Of a stretch of DNA of 64,000 nucleotides, positions 35,710 to 46,744 are shown in pieces. The position numbers were made by a program, and so were the translations under genes. The stretch comes from a virus, in IMG/VR virus record IMGVR_UViG_3300020045_001036, positions 1 to 64,000 of that record, one strand, 5' to 3'. Numbering within the stretch: the stretch's first letter is position 1; each line of letters begins with the position of its first letter. The notes under the pieces are model-generated. The model was not told where the DNA came from. It worked only from the letters and a program-made list of their open reading frames with translations, and ran no database searches.

Positions 35710-37578
35710 ATGAGATATTGTGTATTTGACCTTGAGTCAGACGGTCTTATAGATACTGTAACTAAAATACATTGTCTTAGTTATGCTATTTATGTAGACA
35801 ACATACTTATAAGCAAAGGTTCACTAAGAAACTATATTGAAATTGGTAACTTCATATTAGGTCAAACCATATTAGTGGGCCATAATATTATTAGGTATGA
35901 TGTACCGGTATTAGAAAAAATACTAGGTATTAAGATTACAGCCAGGCTTATAGATACATTGGCATTGTCATGGTATTTATATCCTAACAGAATTAAACAT
36001 GGATTAGAAGGATTTGGTGAAGAGTTTGGCATACTAAAACCAACTATTAACGATTGGACTAATTTAAGTGTAGAAGAGTATATACATAGATGTAATAGAG
36101 ACGTTGAGATTAATTCAAAACTTTTTATTAATCAGATGCATTATCTAATGAGAATTTATATTGGTGATACAATTAAAGTTAATCAATTATTAGATTATTT
36201 AACATTTAAGTTGGATTGTGCTAGAGAGCAAGAAGAAATAGGGTGTAGAATAGATCTAGAATTGATTAACAAATCATTAGATGAGTTATATGTACTTCAA
36301 AATGAAAAAACTCTAGCTCTTATAGAAGCAATGCCAAAAAACATTACTTATAAAGAGTATAGAAAACCTAGTAAAATGTATAAGAAAGATTTAAGTCTAT
36401 CTAGTACAGGTTATAAATGGTTAACTTTATTAGAACAAAATAATTTATCTGAAGATTTTAATGATGTGCTAACTTTACCTATACTTGAAGAAGATGGTAA
36501 TCCTAGTTCTACACAACAATTGAAAAGCTGGCTAGATTCATTAGGTTGGGAACCTTGTACATTTGTCTTTAATAAAGATAAAGATGGGAATCCTAAATCA
36601 GTACCACAAATTTATGTGAGTGATGAAGTATGTATATCTATTAAAAGATTATATAGTATAGAACCGGCATTAGAGAATCTAGATATGCTATCCTTGATTA
36701 AGCATAGAATAGGAATCTTTAAAGGTTTATTAGAAGCTCAATATAAACCAGGTTGGGTAAGAGCTGAAATAGCTGGGCTAACCAATACATTAAGGTTTAA
36801 ACATAAGAAGCCTATAGTAAATCTTCCTAAAGTTTTTAAATTCTATGGGGAACAAATTAGAGGTAGTATAGTAGCACCTAGTGATAGTTATGTACTGTGC
36901 GGTAGTGATATGAGCTCATTAGAAGATAGTACTAAGCAGCACTATATGTACTTCTATGATCCAGATTATGTGATTCAAATGAGGACACCAGGTTTTGATC
37001 CTCACTTAGATATTGGAATCTTAGCTAATATGTTAACTGTTGAACAAGCAGATAGACATAAGGCTAAAGAAGAAGATTTCTCACAGATAAGAAACCTAGC
37101 TAAAGTAGTAAACTTTAGTGCAGTATATGGAGCAGGACCACCTAAAATTGCCCAATCTACTGGCATGTCTCTACAGGAGGCTCAGGCTCTACATAGAACT
37201 TATTGGAATAGAAATAAATCAGTAAAGTTTATAGCTAGAGATGCTGTAACTAAGACAGTAGATGGCCAGATGTGGCAGTTCAATCCAGTATCAGGATTTT
37301 GGTATACTCTAAGATTTGAAAAAGATAAATTCAGTACATTAAATCAAGGTACGGGAGTATTTTGTTTTGATATGTGGGTTAGACAACTTAGAGCTAGAGG
37401 TATTAAAATTATGATCCAATACCATGATGAAGTAGTTATACCACTAGAGAAAGGTAGAGAAGAAGAGATTAAAGAAAAAATTGAAGAGTCTATTCAAACT
37501 GTTAATAGTATAGTCAAATTGAATGTACCATTAGGAGTATCCGTAGACTTAGGTATTAATTATGCAAAAATTCACTAG
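35710..37578 (+). CDS. polA: DNA polymerase family A with 3'-5' exonuclease (T7-like)
   Basis: FDLESDG, GHNI..YD, DMSSLE, R..AK..NF...YG, HDE. Confidence 0.92.
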   Translation: MRYCVFDLESDGLIDTVTKIHCLSYAIYVDNILISKGSLRNYIEIGNFILGQTILVGHNIIRYDVPVLEKILGIKITARLIDTLALSWYLYPNRIKHGLEGFGEEFGILKPTINDWTNLSVEEYIHRCNRDVEINSKLFINQMHYLMRIYIGDTIKVNQLLDYLTFKLDCAREQEEIGCRIDLELINKSLDELYVLQNEKTLALIEAMPKNITYKEYRKPSKMYKKDLSLSSTGYKWLTLLEQNNLSEDFNDVLTLPILEEDGNPSSTQQLKSWLDSLGWEPCTFVFNKDKDGNPKSVPQIYVSDEVCISIKRLYSIEPALENLDMLSLIKHRIGIFKGLLEAQYKPGWVRAEIAGLTNTLRFKHKKPIVNLPKVFKFYGEQIRGSIVAPSDSYVLCGSDMSSLEDSTKQHYMYFYDPDYVIQMRTPGFDPHLDIGILANMLTVEQADRHKAKEEDFSQIRNLAKVVNFSAVYGAGPPKIAQSTGMSLQEAQALHRTYWNRNKSVKFIARDAVTKTVDGQMWQFNPVSGFWYTLRFEKDKFSTLNQGTGVFCFDMWVRQLRARGIKIMIQYHDEVVIPLEKGREEEIKEKIEESIQTVNSIVKLNVPLGVSVDLGINYAKIH

Positions 37579-38684
37579 TGAGTACAGAGAATGCCCAAAT
37601 AACTATTTTAAATAGTTTAGCTGTGAATCCGCATGGCATTCTTAATCTAAGTCCCAGATTTGGTAAGACTAAGCTTGTCTTAGATCTCATCAAAAGAGAT
37701 AAACCAAAGAAGATACTTTGGGTAACTCCTAATGCTCAGTTAAGAGATGTGGACATACCAGCAGAGTATAAAAAGTGGAAAGCATTGTTATATCTAAAAA
37801 AAACAGATATAGTGTGTTGGGGAAGTTTACATAGAGTTAGAGGTAGTTATGATTTAGTAGTTCTAGATGAAATACAATTTATAACTATCAACAATTCTAT
37901 TGGATTGCTAAATAAGATTAAGATTAAATATAAGAATATTATAGGACTCACAGGTACAATGCCTAAACATAAAGAGAAACTTAAGTTGTATCAAACATTA
38001 AGACTTGAAGTGTTAAATAGTGTATCAATAGAGGAAGCTGTAGATCAAGGTCTAATAGCAGACTATAATATTACAATTGTAGAATGTATGCTTGACAATA
38101 AAGACAAGTATATATCTGCAGGCTCAGCAGCAGTAAAGTTTAAACAAACCGAACAAGGCCAATATGACTATTATTCTAAAACTATATCTAAGTTTAAGGA
38201 TGCAGACAGATTAGTTCCTACATGGTTACTTTTACAAAGAATGAGATTCATGTATACATTGAAGTCTAAATATCTAATAGCTAAAAGGCTGATTAGTAAA
38301 TTAGAAGGTAGAACTTTAATATTTACAGGTGGAATACCTCAAGCTGAGTTCATGTGTCCACATTATTATCATTCCAAAACTGATACAACTAGTTTAGATA
38401 AATTCTTAGCAGGAACTATAAATATACTAGCTTGTGTTAATGCCGGAGGAGTAGGGTTTACCTACAGAGGAGTTGATAATTTTGTTATTGTACAAGTGGA
38501 CAGTAATAAAAGTGGGAACTCAATTCAAAAGATTGCAAGATCACTAGTTCTTCAAGATGACTATAAAGCTAATATCTACATTTTAGTAGTAAAAAATACG
38601 GTTGATGAACAGTGGAAAGATTTAGCATTAGAAGAATTGAATCCTGATAAGATAACATACATAAGTTATAAAAATTATGAGTAA
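37578..38684 (+). CDS. Superfamily 2 helicase
   Basis: RFGKT, LDEIQ, GLTGT, QKIAR. Confidence 0.8.
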   Translation: MSTENAQITILNSLAVNPHGILNLSPRFGKTKLVLDLIKRDKPKKILWVTPNAQLRDVDIPAEYKKWKALLYLKKTDIVCWGSLHRVRGSYDLVVLDEIQFITINNSIGLLNKIKIKYKNIIGLTGTMPKHKEKLKLYQTLRLEVLNSVSIEEAVDQGLIADYNITIVECMLDNKDKYISAGSAAVKFKQTEQGQYDYYSKTISKFKDADRLVPTWLLLQRMRFMYTLKSKYLIAKRLISKLEGRTLIFTGGIPQAEFMCPHYYHSKTDTTSLDKFLAGTINILACVNAGGVGFTYRGVDNFVIVQVDSNKSGNSIQKIARSLVLQDDYKANIYILVVKNTVDEQWKDLALEELNPDKITYISYKNYE

Positions 38685-39210
38685 AGAAGTAATGCTAAAA
38701 CCTAATTCTAGGATTAAGGTTTTACTTGATACACACAACATACCCTATTCAGATGGTTTAGCATATTTAATATGCTTACATTATGGTATAAGACCTTCAT
38801 ATTTACCAGAAGGACTCGAAAGGAAGGTACTGGCTACTGGAATAATTTCTATAGATTATAGCAATAGTGTGATAAAATGGAATGAATCTCTTTTTGAAGA
38901 GACAGAAATAGGATTTGAATGGGTAACTGAATGGATGGATTTATTCAAAAGAGTTGGTGGCCCAGATAGAAGAGGTACAAAAGCAGATGTGATTAGAAGA
39001 ATGAAAAAATTCTTTATTAATCATCCAGCTGTTAGAAAAGATGATGTATTTGCTGCAACTAACAAGTATTTGTTAACTGTTAGCAACCCTATTTACTGTA
39101 AAAAGTCACACAAGTTTATCTATGAAATGGATGGTAGTTCAATGTTATTGGATTATGTAGAACAAACAAAAGAAGCTAGCTCAAGCGACTATAATGATGA
39201 TGTAATATGA
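38677..39210 (+). CDS. Replication-module protein upstream of helicase
   Basis: Synteny; 177 aa. Confidence 0.55.
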   Translation: MSKEVMLKPNSRIKVLLDTHNIPYSDGLAYLICLHYGIRPSYLPEGLERKVLATGIISIDYSNSVIKWNESLFEETEIGFEWVTEWMDLFKRVGGPDRRGTKADVIRRMKKFFINHPAVRKDDVFAATNKYLLTVSNPIYCKKSHKFIYEMDGSSMLLDYVEQTKEASSSDYNDDVI

Positions 39211-40361
39211 ATTTTCAAGACATCATAGGAGAAATCCAACAGAATAGTGCTAACCATGCTACCGGTTATTACAATTGTATTCCATTCGTAGGAATGGACA
39301 GATTAGAAAGGTATATACCCGGTATTGAAAACAGTACTTATTATGCAATAATAGCAGGTACTGGAGTTGGTAAAAGTAAGTTAGCTAGATATTTGTTCAT
39401 GCATAACCCAATGATGTATATGGAAGAACATCCAGATTCAGGAGTTGAAGTAACAATTAAATACTTCTCATTAGAAGAATCTAAGAAAAAGATTATTCTA
39501 GCTGAAATAAGTAAATATTTGTTTACTAAGTATGAGATGGTAATTAGTGTAAAACAATTACAATCTATTGGTAGGTACAATACACTTACTGCGGAACAAC
39601 TAGAAAAGATTAGAGAGGCTGAACAACATATAAATTCTTTTTTAAGTAAAGTAGATATTATAGATACAATAAAGAATCCTACAGGTATATTTAAATATAT
39701 CAGAGATTTTGCATTGACTATTGGTAAATACTACACTAAAGAAGGTAGAGCATTAACTCCACAAGAACATGAAAATGTTAGGAATGGTAAAGAAGATGCA
39801 TATAAGTTGGTAGCGTATTATAAGAAGGATAATCCTAAGCACTTTGTTATTGTGCTTATAGATCATATTTCTTTAATACAACCAGAATTATCAGATGGTA
39901 AAATGTTAACTCAGCATCAAGCTATGAGTAAACTATCTTCTGATTATTGTCTAACTTTCAGAGACAAATTTGGATTTACCCCTGTAGTAGTTCAACAACT
40001 AGCTATGGATAAAGAAAATGTAGAAACAAATTTTCAAGGTAAAACCATAGAACAAAAACTAGAACCTAGCTTAAATGCCCTAGGAGACAATAAGACCATA
40101 GGAAGAGATTACAATGTAGTGTTAGGTCTGTTTAATCCAGAAAGGTATGGTATCAACAGTCATAATGGATATGATTTAAGCTTACTGAAAAGTAGGTATA
40201 GATCTCTTAGTATCTTAAAGGATAGAGAAGGTGTAGCTGATAAAAAAGTTCCCTTATTCTTTAATGGTGCAGTAGATTTCTTTAAAGAGTTACCAAAATC
40301 TGATGATGCCCCAAGACTAGCTATAGTCCACGCACATGTAGCAGAATTAAACAGAATATAA
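39207..40361 (+). CDS. DnaB-like replicative helicase
   Basis: AGTGVGKS, FSLEES, IDHISL, VQQL, KDREG. Confidence 0.85.
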   Translation: MNFQDIIGEIQQNSANHATGYYNCIPFVGMDRLERYIPGIENSTYYAIIAGTGVGKSKLARYLFMHNPMMYMEEHPDSGVEVTIKYFSLEESKKKIILAEISKYLFTKYEMVISVKQLQSIGRYNTLTAEQLEKIREAEQHINSFLSKVDIIDTIKNPTGIFKYIRDFALTIGKYYTKEGRALTPQEHENVRNGKEDAYKLVAYYKKDNPKHFVIVLIDHISLIQPELSDGKMLTQHQAMSKLSSDYCLTFRDKFGFTPVVVQQLAMDKENVETNFQGKTIEQKLEPSLNALGDNKTIGRDYNVVLGLFNPERYGINSHNGYDLSLLKSRYRSLSILKDREGVADKKVPLFFNGAVDFFKELPKSDDAPRLAIVHAHVAELNRI

Positions 40362-40372
40362 ATAAAAAGATT

Positions 40373-41086
40373 ATGGCAAATGCAATTGCAATTGTTGGGG
40401 AAAGTGGCTCTGGGAAGAGTTCTAGTATAATGCCCGACGAAACTTTAGGACTGATAGGTTTAAACCCTACAGAAACATTTATTATCAATGTGAAAGATAA
40501 ACCTCTTCCAATGAGAGGATATAAGAAGATGTACACTCCAATTCCAGTTGGTGCACCACCTACAACAGGTAATTATTTTGCATCTACAGATTCACAAGCT
40601 ATCATTAAAGTGATAGGGTATCTGGGAGCAAATAGACCTGATATTAAGAATGTTGTATTAGATGATGGACAGTATATTATGTCAGAAGAATTCATGGCTA
40701 ATGCATTAAAAGCAGGTTATGATAAGTTTAATAAGATGGCTAAGAACATGTATGATGTAATCAATGCAGGTTTATCATTGCCAGTTAATAAAAACTTTAT
40801 CTTATTGACTCACTCAGAAGAAAATGATGGTAAAACAGAGATTAAGACTTTAGGTAAGATGTTATCTGATAAAGTGAATCTATCTGGTCTATTTACTTTA
40901 GTGTTATACACTAATGTTAAGACAAATATGCAAGGTTCCACTTATAGTTTTATTACCAATCAACATATTGATGATAGAGGAATTTACATTATGGCTAAAT
41001 CTCCTAGAGGAATGTTTGAAGAAAAACTAATCCCTAATGATATGGGAGTAGTATTAAAACAAATTGAAGATTACAATAACGGTTAA
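40373..41086 (+). CDS. P-loop ATPase (AAA_24/Sak4-like)
   Basis: GESGSGKS, VLDD, AKSPRGMF. Confidence 0.8.
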   Translation: MANAIAIVGESGSGKSSSIMPDETLGLIGLNPTETFIINVKDKPLPMRGYKKMYTPIPVGAPPTTGNYFASTDSQAIIKVIGYLGANRPDIKNVVLDDGQYIMSEEFMANALKAGYDKFNKMAKNMYDVINAGLSLPVNKNFILLTHSEENDGKTEIKTLGKMLSDKVNLSGLFTLVLYTNVKTNMQGSTYSFITNQHIDDRGIYIMAKSPRGMFEEKLIPNDMGVVLKQIEDYNNG

Positions 41087-41096
41087 AATAAATAAA

Positions 41097-41447
41097 ATGG
41101 CAAGAGAAATCACAATTAGTGACCTTAAATCTAAGGTAGATGAAGGATGGAAAAAAATAGCTTTGGCAGATCATTATGGTCTACCTATGGCCCAAATGAC
41201 TAGATTGTTACAAGAAGCAGGACTTAAAATTAGAAAGTTTCATGCACCATTATACACATTAGTGGATGATACTACAACAGTAGTTGAGAATACAAGTGTT
41301 ACTGCTCAAGAATCACAAGATATGTCTGTAGGACAAGAAGTAGACATTATTCCTGTAATAACACCTGAACATCAAACAATACCTATCCAAGAAGAAGAAC
41401 AAGTATTGGAGACAGTAGATTCAGCAGTAGCTAATCAAACATGGTAG
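41097..41447 (+). CDS. HTH-like protein with acidic tail
   Basis: LADHYGLPMAQMTRLL. Confidence 0.55.
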   Translation: MAREITISDLKSKVDEGWKKIALADHYGLPMAQMTRLLQEAGLKIRKFHAPLYTLVDDTTTVVENTSVTAQESQDMSVGQEVDIIPVITPEHQTIPIQEEEQVLETVDSAVANQTW

Positions 41448-41671
41448 TCAGTAGTAAAAAAAAAGAAGAAACTTTTAAACCTTTTACAATAGAGCTCTTA
41501 ATAGAGACAGAAGAGGAAAGAGCAGCTCTTGAAAATATCGTAGGTAGAACTTCAGTAATAGCATTATTAAAGTGTAGTGCCACTGAGGCAGTTCCTTATC
41601 ACGGTATAAGAACTAGAGTTAGTACTACATTTTTAGATGGTATATATAAAGCTCTAAAAGACAATAAATAA
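41441..41671 (+). CDS. Hypothetical protein
   Basis: FKPFTIELLIETEEE. Confidence 0.5.
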   Translation: MVVSSKKKEETFKPFTIELLIETEEERAALENIVGRTSVIALLKCSATEAVPYHGIRTRVSTTFLDGIYKALKDNK

Positions 41672-41701
41672 AAGAACAAAACAACAATTAAATATATAAA
41701 T

Positions 41702-42430
41702 ATGTACGGATTTCAAGAAAGCGCAGAAGTAGGACCAGGAAAAGAAGGTGGAAAATTTGGTTTAAACCAAGGAGTAGTTACCAAATTTGAATATAATCCT
41801 CTATCTGGAGCGGGTAAAACAGCAGGTGATGCTATTGATATTACTGTTCAAATAGGAGAAAAAGAATTTATGAAAAGATTCTTTCCAGTAGGTAAAGTAT
41901 ATGCTAAAAAAGGTGGAGGAGAATTAACTGATGTTACTAGTGATGCTTATAAAGCAGCACATAAAGAAGCAATGGATTTATTTAATGCTACATTGACTGA
42001 TATTGTATTAACCTTTGTTGAGAAAGCTGACTTAATGGCAGCATTAGCTCATCCAATAGCTGACTTTAAAGCTTACGCTTCATTGCTACAAAGACTAGTA
42101 CAATCTAGTCCAGCATTTATTGCTAAAGCACCGGTGGATATCTTCTTAGAATATCAATCTAAACCATCTGGAGAAAATACAAGGACATTTTTACAACTAC
42201 CTAAAGATGTAAAACATGGTCAATGGATTTGTAGACATCAAGGACCTGGATTTGTAGAGGATAAAGCTACAACTCACATAAGATATAATTTAGGTGAAGT
42301 TGTACACCCTTTCAAAAGAGGTGAATGGTATATGGGTTCTACATTTGCTAAAGTAATTAACTTAGGTAATGATGGAGAAGCAGCACCAGCAGGTGCACCA
42401 GCAGCAACTACCGGAGGAACAGGTTGGTAA
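41702..42430 (+). CDS. Putative single-stranded DNA-binding protein
   Basis: Lies between ATPase and primase; flexible tail ending in W. Confidence 0.5.
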   Translation: MYGFQESAEVGPGKEGGKFGLNQGVVTKFEYNPLSGAGKTAGDAIDITVQIGEKEFMKRFFPVGKVYAKKGGGELTDVTSDAYKAAHKEAMDLFNATLTDIVLTFVEKADLMAALAHPIADFKAYASLLQRLVQSSPAFIAKAPVDIFLEYQSKPSGENTRTFLQLPKDVKHGQWICRHQGPGFVEDKATTHIRYNLGEVVHPFKRGEWYMGSTFAKVINLGNDGEAAPAGAPAATTGGTGW

Positions 42431-42443
42431 AATAATATAGAGT

Positions 42444-43511
42444 ATGTATGGTTATAAAGAGTTATCACCTCTAACAAATGAGGATATCTTAAATGAAGTA
42501 TCTGAAGAAGATATTTTCAAAATAATCATTAAGGAACCTATATTAAAAGATAAAGGGGCCCTTTATAGAGCCCCTTATAGAGAAGATAGTAACCCAGAAT
42601 GTTACTTTGAAAATTATAATGGTGTACTTACATTTGTAGATTTTGCAGATTATCAAAGTAGTAAAAACTGCTTTATGTTTCTGCAAAGAGTGTTAAAACT
42701 AACACATAATGAAGTACTACAATACATATATAGTCATTTTAATCTTGGTACAGGTGATAGCAAGTTTAGATTAAAAGATAAACAAGAAAATGACTATGTA
42801 GAAGAAGAGAAATTAGTAAAATCCTTTAAGGAAAGAACCATCACCATCTTACCAAGAGAGTTTGGGCACAAAGATAAGCAATTCTGGTCACAATATGGTA
42901 TAAGTAAAGAAAATTTAATTCAAGATGGAGTTATAGCTATACAAATGTATAGATCAACTTCTAAATATGGTAAGTATTTTACCATATCTTGTATGGACGA
43001 ATCTTATGCTTATACTAAATTTGTTACTCTTAAGGGTAAAATAAAACCAGGGAAGGTTAAGATCTATAGACCACATGCAGGTAAGGATGCCAAATGGTTT
43101 ACTAACTGTAATCAAAATGATATAGGGTCTTTAGAGAAATTACCTACTGAAGGAGATTTACTTCTTATTACTAAAGCTTATAAAGATTGTAGAATTGCTG
43201 CAAACTTTGGTATAATATCTTGTTGGTTTCAAGCAGAAGGTATATTTCCGAGTAAAGAAATTCTCTTAGAATTATGTATTAGATTTAAAAAAATCATAGT
43301 ATGGTTTGATAATGATAGTACAGGTATAGCTCATAGTGCTAGGTTAGTATCTATTATTAATAATATTGTCCCTGATAAGGCAAGTTTAATGATGGTGCCA
43401 CCAAAACTATTAAAAGAATCTGTGAAAGACCTATCAGATTTTTATGCAAAGAAAGGCAGAGAAAAAACAATTAAATTCCTCTTAGATAGAGGTATAACAA
43501 TAAATATATAA
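42444..43511 (+). CDS. DNA primase (TOPRIM, crAss-type)
   Basis: PYREDSNP, ITKAYKD, FDNDSTG, KDLSD. Confidence 0.85.
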   Translation: MYGYKELSPLTNEDILNEVSEEDIFKIIIKEPILKDKGALYRAPYREDSNPECYFENYNGVLTFVDFADYQSSKNCFMFLQRVLKLTHNEVLQYIYSHFNLGTGDSKFRLKDKQENDYVEEEKLVKSFKERTITILPREFGHKDKQFWSQYGISKENLIQDGVIAIQMYRSTSKYGKYFTISCMDESYAYTKFVTLKGKIKPGKVKIYRPHAGKDAKWFTNCNQNDIGSLEKLPTEGDLLLITKAYKDCRIAANFGIISCWFQAEGIFPSKEILLELCIRFKKIIVWFDNDSTGIAHSARLVSIINNIVPDKASLMMVPPKLLKESVKDLSDFYAKKGREKTIKFLLDRGITINI

Positions 43512-43514
43512 ATT

Positions 43515-43829
43515 ATGTCAAATACAAGACCAGCTACTGCTGTAGCAAAACCAACTTACTTAGAGTTAATTTCACAAGATGAAAAAGAAGTAAAAATTGA
43601 AGGATTGAAAATTGAAGCTCAAAGAGCATCTATTGGGGTACAAACAGTTGTTTTGGAACTAAATGGTAAAATCTCATTAGCTAAAATTGCACTTTCTGCA
43701 GCTCAAAAAAGAGTTCCTTATAGTGTACAAGCAGAATTTGATGCAGTTCAAGCTTTAGAGAGCTTAGAATCTAAATTAGAGTTTGCTAAAACTATCAAAG
43801 ATGAAAGATTCTCAGATGTAACAATCTAA
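43515..43829 (+). CDS. Coiled-coil protein
   Basis: Heptads; directly upstream of the Ubl gene. Confidence 0.6.
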   Translation: MSNTRPATAVAKPTYLELISQDEKEVKIEGLKIEAQRASIGVQTVVLELNGKISLAKIALSAAQKRVPYSVQAEFDAVQALESLESKLEFAKTIKDERFSDVTI

Positions 43830-43875
43830 GAATAAAAAGTTAAGTTAAGTATTAAATAAATTAAATAAGAATAAG

Positions 43876-44295
43876 ATGAGAGTTATTAAAGTATATTCAA
43901 CAGTAGGTGCATCAGGAGAAGTTGTAACAAATGTAGAAACATTAAGAGAATTGAAGCCAATTCTAACAAGTAAAGGTATTGATATTACTGGTATGAAACT
44001 AGTGGTAGGGGAAACAAGAAATGAGTTATCTATTGATGAAGCAGTTCTTCCAACGGGGGATTTCAAATTATATTTGATGCCTCAAAAGACTAAATCTGGT
44101 AGCCTTGAGGATCAAGTAGAAGAAGTTGAAAGTATTGTGTATAGAATTGAAGGTAAGTTAGATACTGTTTTATCTATATTACAAAAAGGAGTAGGAGCTT
44201 CTAGCAGCCCATCTTTAAAAGTTCTAAGAAGTGCAGAAGATGAAGCAGCTATGAGAGATATGGCAGCATTATCTGGTGAAAACAGAGAATGGTAA
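43876..44295 (+). CDS. Ubiquitin-like (beta-grasp) protein precursor
   Basis: 75-aa domain ending KTKSG, plus a 64-aa extension; first gene of the E2/JAB/E1 cluster. Confidence 0.7.
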   Translation: MRVIKVYSTVGASGEVVTNVETLRELKPILTSKGIDITGMKLVVGETRNELSIDEAVLPTGDFKLYLMPQKTKSGSLEDQVEEVESIVYRIEGKLDTVLSILQKGVGASSSPSLKVLRSAEDEAAMRDMAALSGENREW

Positions 44296-44303
44296 TAATA
44301 ACT

Positions 44304-44345
44304 AAGAGAGAGGCTATCCATTAGGGTGGTCTCTTTCTTTTTTTT
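44304..44345 (+). terminator. Intrinsic terminator between Ubl and E2
   Basis: AAGAGAGAGGCTATCC-ATTA-GGGTGGTCTCTTTCTT followed by a T-run. Confidence 0.7.
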
Positions 44346-44354
44346 AACTACAAC

Positions 44355-45557
44355 ATGAATATAGAAATATTAGAAAGAAAGTTAAGAACTGGGTCTAGAT
44401 CTAGAGATTTTCAATGGTATAGAAAATTGTTTGTAAAAGATCGATTGTATATAGGAGCTGATCCTATGACTGCGGCAGTTTTTGAACATTTTAGACTAGC
44501 AGTAAAAACTGTAGAAGAAATATACCCGGGAGCTTGGGATATAGAATTTGGTGTGGATAGTTATCAATACCTAGATAATAAAGTTATAATAAATCTTAGA
44601 GGTATAAATATAAAATTTCCAGAAGTTACAATAAGAAATTCTGTAAGAAAAAGTCATTTAATTAAAGATCTATTTATATTGACTAGATTTAGAATCTATG
44701 ATAATAAATTAAGAATAGAAGGTGTGTATGGTACCAGAACTACTTTAACCTATGCAGAATATAATAGTAGATACCTACATAGTCACCTAAATAAAAATAG
44801 AATAGATCCTTCGTATGAACATTTTTATTTCCAAAAATTCTGTACAGGATCTGGTTCTATTAATATTGCTATGGCGGATTTGAATGCCCAAGGATTTAAT
44901 GCTGAAAGATTTATAAGTTATCTTTTAAATTTAGATACATTAGCTTCATGGGAATCTTTAGAGGGAGTACCTTATGTAAAGATAGCTAGTATTAATTCTT
45001 TAGAAGAAGGTACACAAATGTATAACTCAGCTAGAAGTGATGTTGCAAAAATGTTTATTACTGCTTTAAAAAGATTTGCAACTAGTGTTTATAAACCGGA
45101 AATTGATTTTATGTTAGAACACTCTGGAGTATCTCTTGCAGATAATGATAGGTATAAAGAATTTTTACACAGAGTGCCTTTAACAGACACAGATAAGAAA
45201 TACTTATTATGCTTTAAGAGTGAAGAGGGTGTATATTACTCTTATGGACAAACTCCAAGAGCTGCACCATTACTTTTATATCCTAATAAATATCTATTTC
45301 AAGGAGAAGAAATAGAAATTAAAATAACAAATCCTCCAGAAAATGCAACTACTGAAATACAGTATGAGTTTCATCCAAAAATTAAATTAGAAATTAAAAA
45401 ACAATTAGAATATGCAGCCAATAAAGCAATCCTTAGAAAGACTACAGTTGACAGATACAAAAATTCAACTAGTGATATCAGAGAGAATCCTCAACCAGAT
45501 CCAGTACCTGTGCCAACAGATAGCGAAAGTGGAGTGGAGTGGGATATTGTATTATAG
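44355..45557 (+). CDS. E2-like (UBC fold) conjugating enzyme candidate
   Basis: YLHSHL...FC163TGSG resembles the E2 HPN...C motif; operon context. Confidence 0.6.
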   Translation: MNIEILERKLRTGSRSRDFQWYRKLFVKDRLYIGADPMTAAVFEHFRLAVKTVEEIYPGAWDIEFGVDSYQYLDNKVIINLRGINIKFPEVTIRNSVRKSHLIKDLFILTRFRIYDNKLRIEGVYGTRTTLTYAEYNSRYLHSHLNKNRIDPSYEHFYFQKFCTGSGSINIAMADLNAQGFNAERFISYLLNLDTLASWESLEGVPYVKIASINSLEEGTQMYNSARSDVAKMFITALKRFATSVYKPEIDFMLEHSGVSLADNDRYKEFLHRVPLTDTDKKYLLCFKSEEGVYYSYGQTPRAAPLLLYPNKYLFQGEEIEIKITNPPENATTEIQYEFHPKIKLEIKKQLEYAANKAILRKTTVDRYKNSTSDIRENPQPDPVPVPTDSESGVEWDIVL

Positions 45558-46626
45558 TATAAATGGGTCAATTAAAGATCCTGGTGCTATGATATTAACA
45601 GTAGAAGATATTCTACCAATGAATAAAGGTACACAAGCTTACACAGAATATAATTTAGATGAAAGAGTTATCGATTATATGATGGATAATGAAACTATGG
45701 AAAAAGGTTGGAAAATGGGGCACATACATAGCCATAATACCATGGGAGTATTCTTTAGTGGTACAGATTGGTCTGAACTAGAAGATAATGCACCACATCA
45801 TAATTTCTATTTATCTCTTATTGTAAACAACTTTATGGACTTTTGTGCTAAAGTATGTTTCATATCTGAAGTAAAAGGTACTAAAGATTTTGAGTTCATG
45901 GCTAAAGATGAGGAAGGTAATGAATATGTGTATATGGCCAAACCTTATGAAGTTAAACAAAAGAAACTAATAGTATTTGACTGTGATATTAAATCACCAG
46001 TATCAGCTATAGCAATAGAAGAAAGTTTCAGAACTAAAGTAACAGGTATTATTACAGATGCAGAAAAGAAAGCTGCAGCACTTGTAGCAGCTAGAGCTGC
46101 TAATCCATCTACTACATCTTATGCTGGATGGGATGGAGGACAAAGAGGTGTTATTCAAGACCCTAAGAAACATATGGGTAAAGTTATTCCAATGACTCCT
46201 GCACATGGCTCAGAGATTAAAAGATGGACACAAGCAGATTTTAGTTCTTCTGTAAAAACATCTGTGGGAGATGCACAAGATTTAGAAGATACAATAGAAG
46301 ATTTTGCTCAACATATACTATTATTAGGTAAAGATTTGGAAACTTTTGTAGACTTAGAAGATGTATGTGAACATTATGCTAAATATAAAGTGTCCCATGA
46401 TTTTGTAGCGGGAGAAGTTGTAAAACAATATTTTGAGTTGTATAGTAGTTTCTTTAAAGATTCTAAAGAAGAAGATGAGATGACTGCATTTATAGTTAAC
46501 ACTGAACTAGTAATAGATGAGTATAGACATGAAGTTAAAATGGCAGATTCTGACGATGTATCCGGATTACTTACTAAAGTAGCTGATAGTTTAGATATTA
46601 TGCTATCTGCATTTAAAACAATTTAG
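45412..46626 (+). CDS. JAB/MPN+ metalloprotease
   Basis: JAMM motif E41...H106-S-H108-x7-S116-x2-D119. Confidence 0.88.
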   Translation: MQPIKQSLERLQLTDTKIQLVISERILNQIQYLCQQIAKVEWSGILYYSINGSIKDPGAMILTVEDILPMNKGTQAYTEYNLDERVIDYMMDNETMEKGWKMGHIHSHNTMGVFFSGTDWSELEDNAPHHNFYLSLIVNNFMDFCAKVCFISEVKGTKDFEFMAKDEEGNEYVYMAKPYEVKQKKLIVFDCDIKSPVSAIAIEESFRTKVTGIITDAEKKAAALVAARAANPSTTSYAGWDGGQRGVIQDPKKHMGKVIPMTPAHGSEIKRWTQADFSSSVKTSVGDAQDLEDTIEDFAQHILLLGKDLETFVDLEDVCEHYAKYKVSHDFVAGEVVKQYFELYSSFFKDSKEEDEMTAFIVNTELVIDEYRHEVKMADSDDVSGLLTKVADSLDIMLSAFKTI

Positions 46627-46627
46627 T

Positions 46628-46741
46628 ATGAAATGTGAACATTGTAAAAAAGAAAAAGAGACAGTAGAAACAAGACCTACCAGAAATGGAGATTGTAACT
46701 ATTGTGAAGAATGTTATGAGGTACAAATATTAATGAGTTAA
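46628..46741 (+). CDS. 37-aa zinc-finger microprotein (not in ORF track)
   Basis: MKCEHCKKEKETVETRPTRNGDCNYCEECYEVQILMS fills the JAB-E1 gap exactly. Confidence 0.55.
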   Translation: MKCEHCKKEKETVETRPTRNGDCNYCEECYEVQILMS

Positions 46742-46744
46742 AAT